Part shown: piece by piece, positions 54,618-64,000 of the stretch | Position numbering within the stretch: the stretch's first letter is position 1 | Layout: each line of letters begins with the position of its first letter | Assembly: GCA_946965045.2 (NCBI GenBank) | Contig: OX337232.1 | Location: 372,001 to 436,000 of the forward strand | Reading direction: 5' to 3' | Source: Epithemia pelagica | Taxonomy: Eukaryota > Protista > Bacillariophyta | DNA: 64,000 nucleotides | The notes under the pieces: model-generated | Database searches by the model: none | Seen by the model: only the letters and a program-made list of their open reading frames with translations | What the model was told of the DNA's origin: nothing | Program-made: the position numbers and the translations under genes

Positions 54618-56159
54618 TCATCCGCATGTCGTGGTCGTTGTGGTGGCCTTGGGTTCAAAGGCAATCACCACGGGCAAATCTCGCGGTTCCACCACGGGTC
54701 GAGGTGGACTGGGATCCACCAACGACGCTTGGGGTGGGTCGGTGCGCGCCACGAGTTGGGGCTCGAGTGTTGTCATTGTGGGCGGTGGATACGAAAAGGG
54801 CAATTGGGGCGCTACTGGTTGTGGTGGTGGTAGTTGCTGCCATTGCTGTTGTTGACGATAGTGCAATTGTTCTTGGTGTCGTTGTTGCTGTTTTTGTTTG
54901 CGCGCGGCGGCCGCATAGATAAAGTCGAGTCCAAAGGGACTTTCCAGGGGTTCAAAGAGCGAGGCCGACGAGTCATCATCGTCATCCTCCTCATTCTCGT
55001 TGTAGTGACGGGGCGAACGGTAGGGGAGTTCCTCATCGTCGGTATCTTCATCTTCGCTGGCTCCGGGAATCATGCGCATGGAAGGAATCATCATGCGACG
55101 TCGTCGTCGTTTGGACGCGGACGATGGAGATGCGAGAGGAGAGGGAGTGGAGGGACCGACTTGGGGTTGTGGTTGCCAAGATACCGAGGGACGCGACAGC
55201 ATCAAGGGCGACGAGGAATACGACGGCAGCACCAAGTTATGGGTGGTGGTGTCCTTGAAATGCACATGATGATGCTGCGTGACATGGGGTGACAAGGAGA
55301 CGGAGGATCCATGAGGACCATGAAGACTGGGACGAAAGACGGAAACGGGTCGTTTCGGAGGTGTGTGGGGTGTGACTTGCGGTTCCAATAAAGGAGGAGG
55401 AGCTTGGTGGTCGTCCACCAAAGTGTTGGTTTCCATGGCTTCGTCGTCGGGGTCTTGTGGGGCAGAGGGCAACTGGGCCAAGGAAGGATCGACAATATCT
55501 CCGAGGAAAAAGGGTTGATCCATTCCGGTTCCGGCGGCTGGAGAATCTTCTTGAGGAGGAATCACCAATCGTGATTCCGAGGCATCCCGATGTTCCAAAG
55601 GAGGAGCTTGGTGCAAGGCTGGAGGAAGGGTTTGTCCCATGGATGCATGGCCTCGTGGATCGCATCGTTCCTTCTGGTTCTTGTGGTCCTCGTGTTCTTC
55701 GTTGGAAGTATCGTCCCAAAAAAAGGAGGTACTGTCTGGCATGAAGCAAAAGCAACCACCCAAGGGTGCGACCGAAGAAAACAAGGTGTTGGATTTGGGG
55801 GCAAACGTCTCTCGAGTCCTTGTTGTTGTGGGAGGAGGAGGAGTCACCACCCTTGGTGGTGGTGGTGGTTGCGAGGATGGAGCCACGACAATCTCCATGG
55901 CTTGGCCTCCTCCTCCTCCTCCTCCTGGTTCGTACGAGACGGTGGGCAACAGCCGTGGTGGTGTAGTATCCACACTCGGTTCCAAATCCGGTTTGGTGTG
56001 GTGAGCCTTGGTGAGGCTTTGTGCCGCGGTGGAAACTTCTGGTTCGGTCGTTGGTGAATGAAATACAGAAGACGATCCTCCTCCTCGAACGGTAGCAAAG
56101 GATGTACTGCTACTCGCCGCTGTGGAGGAATCCAATCGATGATGATTCACCACCACCAT
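54618..56159 (-). CDS. Pro/Ser-rich low-complexity hypothetical protein
   Basis: Long open frame (from 56417; plausible ATG at 56159); no recognisable domain. Confidence 0.45.
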   Translation of the reverse strand: MVVVNHHRLDSSTAASSSTSFATVRGGGSSSVFHSPTTEPEVSTAAQSLTKAHHTKPDLEPSVDTTPPRLLPTVSYEPGGGGGGGQAMEIVVAPSSQPPPPPRVVTPPPPTTTRTRETFAPKSNTLFSSVAPLGGCFCFMPDSTSFFWDDTSNEEHEDHKNQKERCDPRGHASMGQTLPPALHQAPPLEHRDASESRLVIPPQEDSPAAGTGMDQPFFLGDIVDPSLAQLPSAPQDPDDEAMETNTLVDDHQAPPPLLEPQVTPHTPPKRPVSVFRPSLHGPHGSSVSLSPHVTQHHHVHFKDTTTHNLVLPSYSSSPLMLSRPSVSWQPQPQVGPSTPSPLASPSSASKRRRRRMMIPSMRMIPGASEDEDTDDEELPYRSPRHYNENEEDDDDDSSASLFEPLESPFGLDFIYAAAARKQKQQQRHQEQLHYRQQQQWQQLPPPQPVAPQLPFSYPPPTMTTLEPQLVARTDPPQASLVDPSPPRPVVEPRDLPVVIAFEPKATTTTTTCG

Positions 56160-56941
56160 ACTGGTCGTTGTGCTTGTTGTCCGTTGGAGGATGGCTTCTA
56201 ATGGGATGTCAAAGATACTCTCTCTGTGGTTTTTATCGAGGAGTATTATTTTGAAGACCAAGCAAAGCGAGAGAGCTTGTTCTTGTTGGATTGTCTTTTT
56301 GAATGAATGAATGATGTGATGGTGGTGAACGGTCGGTGTGGTTCTTGTGGTGGTGTGTTTTATTGATGGTGCTCTATTACGATTCGGAAAGAAGCGTGCG
56401 AGGTGGGAGGAGAGCAAACCATGTCCTCATTCATCTGCAGATCGAAATAATTCAACACCAGCTCTACACTACCATGGTTCCCACCACAAACTGTATGTTT
56501 GTGGGGTGGATCTGGATGTACACTTCTGAGTATTATCAAGGATAAATCAAATAACCCCACTTTGTGAGAAGGCCTTTACTTGGACCGTCGCCAAATAAAT
56601 CGAAGCAAGCGTTACGAGTACAAGTTCGGACTTAGGCAATTCAAAGCTTCCCTACTTTCTGTACACTTCTTCGATTCCCGCCCTTTCGGCCGGCGTGCGT
56701 GTGACGTCCGTTGGAACGGAAGGCCGAAATCGTGCCAGAAGCACTCCACACTACGAGTACACTATTACACTCGCATGCCGCGGGTCCGTCTCGAACGCGT
56801 GACCCGTTGTCCAGTCACGTCGGACCGTCGGTCCGTCATACGATTCCCGTCGCGAATTTTATCCGTGACAACAACCTCCCTCACAGCACCAAACCAAGAA
56901 TCGCTGCGGTGACCCGTTTATACCTCTACAATATATAGACC

Positions 56942-57793
56942 ATGAGCGCTCTTTCGACGGCCGCCGCCTTGCCGCATTCCTCGGAACCTGCTTCCACATC
57001 GGATGCCATGGATACCAACACAAATGACAAGGAGACAACCACTACGAATCCTGCTAACCCTTCCTCTGCCAGAGATGGTACTACCGACGGGTGGTCCATT
57101 CCGGACTTGCAGAGTGCGGCCGAATTGGCTCCGCAACCGCCCAACAGCAAGCGCAAGGAATTGTATTGGGATCGGTCTCATTACGCATCTCATCAAGCGC
57201 AAATTTCCGCCTTGAAAACATCCCGTACCGTCTATGTCGGAAATTTGGCCTTTACCACACATTCGCGCTTGGTCCAGGCCCATTTTGGTCGATTGGGACC
57301 GGTCCAGACGGTCTACATGGGATTGGATCGACTCAAACATTCTCGGTGTGGCTTTTGTTTTGTCCAATACCAGTCGCGGCGTCATGCGCTCTTGGCCGTG
57401 TCGGTATTGAGTGGCACGAAATTGGATGGATCCAGTATTCGTGTCGAATTGGATGCCGGCTTTCAAGACGGACGACAATTTGGACGCGGGGCTCGAGGAG
57501 GACAAGTTCGACACGATCGCAAACGAGTCCGAACGAATAATACTAGCAACAACAATCAGTACAGCCAGTATTCGTCCAACAATTCGTCCAACAACAACAG
57601 CAACAACAACAACACTGCTCCTCCGAGTTATACTTCCTATGGCAATCCTAGCGGAGACTCGTCGTCGTCCGCGCCACCGATTCCCACCACCTACACACCC
57701 AGTGCACCCAGTGATTTGGGAGATGCCAGGAATGGCGAGGAGGATGATGAAGCCATGGGAGACGCACCGTCCAAACGACAACGCACCGAATAA
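56942..57793 (+). CDS. NCBP2: Nuclear cap-binding protein subunit 2 (CBP20)
   Basis: LYWDR, TVYVGNL, MGLDR..CGFCFV.Y, GTKLD..IRVELDAGF.DGRQFGRG..GGQVR match the CBP20 RRM. Confidence 0.93.
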   Translation: MSALSTAAALPHSSEPASTSDAMDTNTNDKETTTTNPANPSSARDGTTDGWSIPDLQSAAELAPQPPNSKRKELYWDRSHYASHQAQISALKTSRTVYVGNLAFTTHSRLVQAHFGRLGPVQTVYMGLDRLKHSRCGFCFVQYQSRRHALLAVSVLSGTKLDGSSIRVELDAGFQDGRQFGRGARGGQVRHDRKRVRTNNTSNNNQYSQYSSNNSSNNNSNNNNTAPPSYTSYGNPSGDSSSSAPPIPTTYTPSAPSDLGDARNGEEDDEAMGDAPSKRQRTE

Positions 57794-58395
57794 CCAAAAG
57801 AGCCACTGCCTAAAAACTCAGACACGAATTGTTCTATTATTGGATACACATACACACACACGTTCCTATTTTTTGGTCCCAAGCCTTAGAGTTGCTGGTA
57901 GACTTCAAACTCACAATAGAATCGTACTATTGGATACACATACACACGTTTCTATATTTGGTCCAAAGCCTTCTTTGCTGGTAGCCTTGTGTGTGTTGTC
58001 CTTGGAGGATGGCGCATTGTAGGTAGTTTCCGATCGACTCGGCGTTGTGTAGGTACTGTGTTTGAGGAGTGCGTTCCCTTTTTTCCGAGAACACATGTCG
58101 CGATCCATTCAGCCAGCCAACTTTACATCGTTGGAGATTCCCACATCTCTTTTCTTTTTATTATATTGTATTGGAGAACAACCCATCCGTGACGCGTTCC
58201 TCTACGAGACAAGGACGGATCGATTGCAACGACAGGCAACGTTTTGATTCGTATTATGTTATAGCAATGTTTACCCATGGAGGGGGATAGAAATACCTTT
58301 GTGTGTGCGGTCGTACGGAACCGTGTTTCGTTTGGTTTCTTGTCTCGCCAAAAACGAGAGTGAAATCCCGTTTCTCTCTCTCTCTCTTTTCATGA

Positions 58396-59376
58396 TTACT
58401 CCGTCTCATCGGCATTCTTTGTTTTCTTTTTCTTCTTTCGCTTCTTTTTGAGTCCTCGTTCAAAGGCGGCCAAGGAAATTTCGGCTTGGGCATCCTTTTG
58501 GGCTTGCGCTTCTTGGGCCTCGACCTCGCGTTGCGTCATGGGTGTACTCCGTTTGACGGCCACACCGGCCGTATGCGGTTGCAAAATCCAATCAATGTCG
58601 TCGTATCCCACATCATCAAAGACGGGCAAATATTCGTCCGTGTCGTCGGCAGTGTCGTCGTCGCCGGGTTGTCCCTCCTCCAAGACCAAATTCTCAATGT
58701 ACTCAATATAGGATTCTCCCTGTACCGTATTCGGTTCGACCCACAGCAGTCGTCCTCCGGGTTTGAGGACACGGGCCGCTTCTTGAATGGATCGTTTCCA
58801 TTCCAAGTCGTTTTCGACCATAAGTTCGACGGCTTGCAAACTAATCACGACATCGACCGATTCGTCGGCGGTCAAGGTCAAGTCATCGGCGCGTTGATTG
58901 TGCAGCATGAGCTTGACACCGGATTGTCGACGTTCGGCCGATTGTTTCAATTGGCGTTGCGCGCCCAATTCGACCACCCCACTGGCCGTGGGCGACGACG
59001 TGATGAATTCGCGAATGGTACGCGGCACAAAGGTGACGGCGCGACCATCTTGCGTGCCCAATTGCAAACACACATTGGCGGCCCGCGGCGTTTGGTTGGT
59101 ACACAGCGCCGCACTAATCCATTCCGTCCGCAAATAGGTGATTGGATCCATATTGGTGGCGGCTGACAAGAAGGAGACACGGCGGGTATGGCCATGGGTG
59201 GGCCGGGCAGTGGTCTGTGTGGCTGTAGTGGGCGCCGAAACGACAAGAGGCGTGTTCGTTCTGGTCGTTGTTGCCGTCCTTCGACCATCATGATGCCCCC
59301 CAATGACAAAGGCATGACTGGAGGAAACCAGAAGCGTCAATGCCGCCGCAAGGAGAGAAAGTCTCATCCCCGACAT
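58396..59376 (-). CDS. Plastid-targeted class I SAM-dependent methyltransferase-like protein
   Basis: Signal peptide + SSSHA-FVI; VVELGA, ADESVDVVISLQ, QEAARVLKPGGRLLWVEP (Methyltransf_11-like). Confidence 0.8.
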   Translation of the reverse strand: MSGMRLSLLAAALTLLVSSSHAFVIGGHHDGRRTATTTRTNTPLVVSAPTTATQTTARPTHGHTRRVSFLSAATNMDPITYLRTEWISAALCTNQTPRAANVCLQLGTQDGRAVTFVPRTIREFITSSPTASGVVELGAQRQLKQSAERRQSGVKLMLHNQRADDLTLTADESVDVVISLQAVELMVENDLEWKRSIQEAARVLKPGGRLLWVEPNTVQGESYIEYIENLVLEEGQPGDDDTADDTDEYLPVFDDVGYDDIDWILQPHTAGVAVKRSTPMTQREVEAQEAQAQKDAQAEISLAAFERGLKKKRKKKKKTKNADETE

Positions 59377-59986
59377 GCTCGATATGGCGACACAGCACGG
59401 ATATCTTTCACGTTCCACCATGGTATATACAGCTGCTTTGTTCTTCACCAATCCTCTTTTTCGTTCCCTCTTTATTATTTCGCCTCAACACTATCCAGTC
59501 TCTCTCGTCTCGTTGCAATCGTTTGTCGTTCACCAAACGAAATAAGTGCCTCCTCCAAAGAATTAGAGAGAGAGAGAGAGAGGGTTGATCTCGTCGTTCC
59601 ATTAAAGATCGCTTCGCCGCCGTCGGGTTGTGGTTGCACCACGTCACAGACCCATCATTCGTCTGTACGGTGACCGCTTCCGAATGAATGTCTACCCTGT
59701 CTACCTCACTATATTCCTCTAGACTAGAGCTACCTAGTAGAGTCTCTTGTCGGTTTGCGGGGTGGCGTTTGTTCACGTACTACGAATGGACAAAAATATA
59801 AAGTATAGCATTGATTTAGTACTGAATGGATTGTATTAGAGTTATCGAATCGGTGGTGTCCGCAGACTCCTACGAAACTTGAGAGACACCGTTCTAGATC
59901 CTCGACCGTTGCGGCCCTCTCGTTCCTCCTCCTCCTCGTTTGTGGTTCCGGATACCGCCCAAACGAATGTCACTCCTCCTCGTTGT

Positions 59987-61369
59987 TCATCGTTCGATTT
60001 TGGCACACATTTTGGTCAGCCACGCCATGGCGGGACTCTCGGGATCCAACAAGGGTCCCACCTTGGCCAAGACCGTTTCATGATAGGCATCCAACCAATC
60101 CAATTCGGCCGGCGACATGAGGTCCATTTGAATCAAATTGATTTGAATGGGAATCATGGTGAGTTTGGAGAATTTCAAAAACTTTTTGGGACTACTCGAC
60201 GCTGTCGACAATGGTGGGTCGGCCGCATCCAGAATGGACCGTTCTTGGTCTTGTTCAAAGGCCACATTGTCTTGGTCTTTCACATATTGAACTTCCAACA
60301 AGTTTTCAATGCGAATGCCAAAGTCTCCATCGGCATAAAAGCCTGGTTCGTTACTCAAGACCATGCCCTTTTTCAAGACTTCCTTATTGGTAAACCGCGG
60401 ACTAATGGACATGGGACCTTCATGCACATTAAGGGCGGCCCCGACGCCGTGACCCGTTCCGTGTCCGTAATCGCGACCGTCTTGCCACAAGAAGCGACGA
60501 GCAAACACATCCAAGACAAAGCCCGGCGTGGTTTGATCGGGAAAAATCATGGTATCCACGCCAATGTTGCCCTTTAGGACACGGGTATAGACATTGCGGA
60601 ATTCCTCCGTCGCCGTCCCAAAATGCCAGGTCCGTGTGACATCGGTCGTCCCGTACGTATATTGCCCACCGGAATCAATCAAAATGGGTTGCGTCGTATC
60701 CAAATACTGGAGCAACTCACTGGATTCGTCGGCCCGATAATGAATAATGGCCCCATTCGAGCCGACACCGGCAATGGTGGCAAAACTCACTTCCAAAAAG
60801 CCCGGTTGTCGGGCGCGACAGGCGGTCAATCTTTCATCAATTTCCACTTCGGAAATGGACCGTCCTTCTTCCACCACGGCATGTTCCAACCAAGCCATGA
60901 ATTCGGCCATGGCGGCTCCATCCACAATATGCGCTTGTCGCATGCCTTGCAATTCGGCCCGATTCTTGCACGCCTTGGCGGGTTCCACAGCATTTTGGGC
61001 ATCCACCAACAGTGCCGTGGGAATGGCTTGACGAATGGCATAATTGGATCGTTTGGGATCCAACCAGACGCGATGATTCGTTTCGTCGGCGGCACAATGG
61101 GCCAGGATATCGGGCACAATGGCATGGTAGGGTCGGACCGTCACACCTTGCAAATGCTCTTGAATGGCAGGAGCCGTCACTTTGGCTGGATCGCAATACA
61201 AACACACTTGGTCCTGCGAGACGGTTGCATAGGCAATGCCCACGGGACAACTGTGACGACACAAAACAGATTACAACCACAACATCTCTTGGTTCGTGAG
61301 ACACACACACACACGCCCCTAACAAACACACTCTCTCTCGGCCCACAGTTACTCTTTGTTCGCACAAAC

Positions 61370-61401
<32 letters not shown>

Positions 61402-63141
61402 GGCCGACTTACGTATCGATATCACCCGTGGCGCGTACATTGAGGAGATAGGCGACATCGTCCAGTGTGCCAAAAACGGCCAAGGTACAAGGATGTGAAG
61501 TCTTGGAATTGGAATCCTTGGTTGTTGAACCACCGAGTGCCATGGCCTGTCGGACGCGTGCCACCTTTTCCTGCCAGGAGACACCGGCATGTTCCAAGGC
61601 ATGGACACGAAAGGGTGCCTTGGGCAAGGCTGGACGATCCTTCCAAATGGCATCGACCAAATTGAGGGGCGGTTTATCGGGATCGTCACTCGACAAGGTG
61701 ACCAATTTTCCAATAAAGGCATTGTCACTGTCATCGTCGTCGTCATGATTCGGTGGTGCTTCCAGGCCCTGTTGGGCATCCTTCAAGGCTCGTTGCAACT
61801 CCGTGGGAAAGGAGGCGGCATGGACGTAGGGATCTATACCAATGCGCAAGGCCTTGCCATGGGCTTGATAATACAAGGCCGCCTGTTGGGCCAGCCATTG
61901 CGGAATGGTCAAGGTGGTGGGCAAGCCTTGTTTTTGCAAGACCCAGACACTCGCATCCAAATTCAATCCAGCCTCATTCCAATACCGAGAATCCGTCCAT
62001 AAATACGCCTTGGCGGTTGACGTTGTGGTGGACTCCGTATCCTTGTCGCTATTGTTGTCGTCCGTCGTATCCATGGGAGTAGGACTCTTGTCCTCCTTTT
62101 CTTGTTGTTTGTTTTGTTCAATCAATGCTGCCAGTGCCGTCGATGGAACGACAGCCGTTCCGGCACTCCCATGAAAATCGGTCAAATAGCCTCGTCGACG
62201 ATAGGCATCGGGCGTATATTCTGTGAGTATTATGTTCCAGTCCGTGCCATTGCCATACCACCAACAGCAACATTGACAACAAGAACAACAAAAGGAGGGC
62301 AGGTTGAGAGCATACAATCCACGCAAAATGCAATCCAAAACACACACACACACATCAGAGCGACAATTGTGTAAGTGTCCGACACACACATGCACAATAC
62401 AGGTTTGGTCTTCTCGAAGTCTCGCTCGGAAACAACACCGACCACCACCAAGATTTCTCTCGTGGAGAGAATTACACACACACAAACAAGACAACCAAGA
62501 CTCTATTACGTACCCGACAAATGTGGATCATCACTGGGAACCAGGTAGACATCCATGTGGTGCGTTTGCAGTTGCGCTCGCAAGGCGGCCAATTTCTCCG
62601 CCGCCGAGGAGGACGACATGATGCTGGGAGGGAATATGGTCGTTGTTGTTGTTGTTGTAGGATTCGTGGTGGTAGATGCTAGACGCGTTGTTGTAAGGCT
62701 TGGAAGACAATTGGCTCCGGCACTACTACCTCCTCCTCGAAGCCGAGCAATGCGAGAATGCTGGAGTCGAACCAACGCGGTACGACTCCAAGAAGAGACA
62801 GAAAGAGGACTGGAAGCCCAACACTGCACGGGACGAATGGCACACGAGGTCCAACACCAATACCACAAGGATACCGCGGATACCAGACTGGACCGTTTGA
62901 TGCTGCCTCGACCACTCCGACGACGATGCACCACTGTGGAAGAAGACGAAGAATACGGTCGTTCTCGAGAAGAAGACGGACTCCTGGTGCTGTTGCTGCA
63001 AGTCTTGTTGTTCTTGTTGCGAACAATTGCGAAGGGAAACAGCCACTGCTGTGGAGTGGACACACCCAGAATCGAGAGTGGACAACGACAACGAGAAAGG
63101 TAGGAACACAACAAGGACGATCGTGCCGTCACCACCACCAT
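59987..63141 (-). CDS. XPNPEP1: Xaa-Pro aminopeptidase P (M24B), intact (exons 63141-62514, 62220-61413, 61250-59987; start could instead be the ATG at 62619)
   Basis: YLVPSDDPHLS|EY, GSAGTAVV, LIDSGGQY..GTTDVTRT, HGTGHGVG, VHEGP, SNEPGFY, GIRIEN; GT-AG introns restore the frame. Confidence 0.92.
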
Positions 63142-63608
63142 GGCCCTTTCGAATTCGATATCACCACCACACAAAGCCTTGTTGTTGTTGCTTGTTGTAC
63201 ACTCTTTCAAACTTGAGCGCAGTCCACACACTCTTCAACCCTTTCTTGTTGTCGCAGTGAGAGACAAGACCGAGTTTTGTATTTCGGCGTTGCTAGTTGC
63301 TACGAAAAAAAGGTTCTGTGTTTGATATCGCCTACTCTGTTTTCTGTTTTGCCATCGGATTCTGATGTGTCATTATCATGGCCACGCACCTGTTTTGCAA
63401 TCTCTAGCCTTCTATATATGGCTGAAGTGTGATAGTTGTTCTGTTGTGAGTTATCAGCAACCGCTCCGTTTTTGTAAGAATGGACCTGAACGGGAACCAT
63501 TTACCCCAGCTATCATCAGTCTCTGTAGATCGAAAGAATGTCAGAGAGTAGGTACGGAGTAGGTAGTCTAGGAGTAGGAGGTTTTGGTGATCCTTCAAAT
63601 AGCAGGAC

Positions 63609-63670
63609 AACCAACCAACCAACCATCCAACCAACACACCAAACCCACCAACCAACCAACACACCAACCA
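63609..63670. repeat. Imperfect (CCAA)n microsatellite
   Basis: caaccaaccaaccaaccatccaaccaac... run. Confidence 0.8.
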
Positions 63671-64000
63671 GCAAACACGCCTCCTTGAATTCAACAGAAC
63701 TTGTTGACCGTTTCGATGTCATGGGACGGCGCAAGGTCTTTTGGAATGTTTGATTCACAATGCCCTTAACTTTTCCCTTGCCCAACCACTGTGGCTTCTC
63801 GCATTGATTTTTCCATAGTTGTGGCTGCATGGGCCATTACAGTTTCCAATTCTGCTTCATCATGTTGCCAAGCACAGCTCCTTTGTCGTGCGCTCAACAA
63901 GTATTGTTAATCGTTGCAAAGGACCAAAGGAGTCCCCACAATTTGGTGGACGACGACAACGGCGATCTCGATTCCGACGACATGAACAAGAAGAGCAACA

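Noticed and set aside
57160-57270. Apparent loss of a cap-stacking tyrosine in CBP20 (AFTT vs SFYT)
   Set aside because: The stacking residues equivalent to human Y20 (LYWDR) and Y43 (TVYVGN) are both conserved; the changed Tyr is a different position

Overview
Eukaryotic nuclear DNA, most likely a diatom or other ochrophyte. This is inferred from short GT-AG introns, signal peptide + AF plastid-targeting motifs, CAA/GTC-rich low-complexity coding DNA and an eEF3-like gene; the species cannot be determined. A large direct segmental duplication dominates the window. Block A (1-~17830) and block B (27526-~49910) each carry an eEF3-like gene, TOP3B, an LRR-like gene, an AapJ-like pseudogene, a small plastid-targeted gene and a GST. 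Block A also holds a ~4.5 kb patchwork insertion that includes an inverted, decayed copy of the aminopeptidase P gene found intact at 59987-63141. Two apparently intact transposons are present. One is a 2.7 kb PIF/Harbinger-type DNA transposon (19444-22169, 16-bp TIRs, AGT target duplication). The other is an 8.9 kb tyrosine-recombinase retrotransposon (33857-42722) with split direct repeats A1-ORFs-B1-A2-B2; its empty target site is visible in block A. The retrotransposon is the most interesting object. Its gag and pol are in frame and separated by one TGA, and a degenerate C5 DNA-methyltransferase-like fold appears to lie between gag and RT. It also has a DIRS-type MT-like tail, a PHD-like finger on the recombinase, and a 15-nt terminal spacer that is a perfect G-quadruplex motif. 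Single-copy genes: a nucleobase-ascorbate transporter with a stop in its signature motif, NCBP2/CBP20, a plastid-targeted SAM methyltransferase, aminopeptidase P and several low-complexity hypothetical proteins. All alignments were done by eye; no database searches were run.
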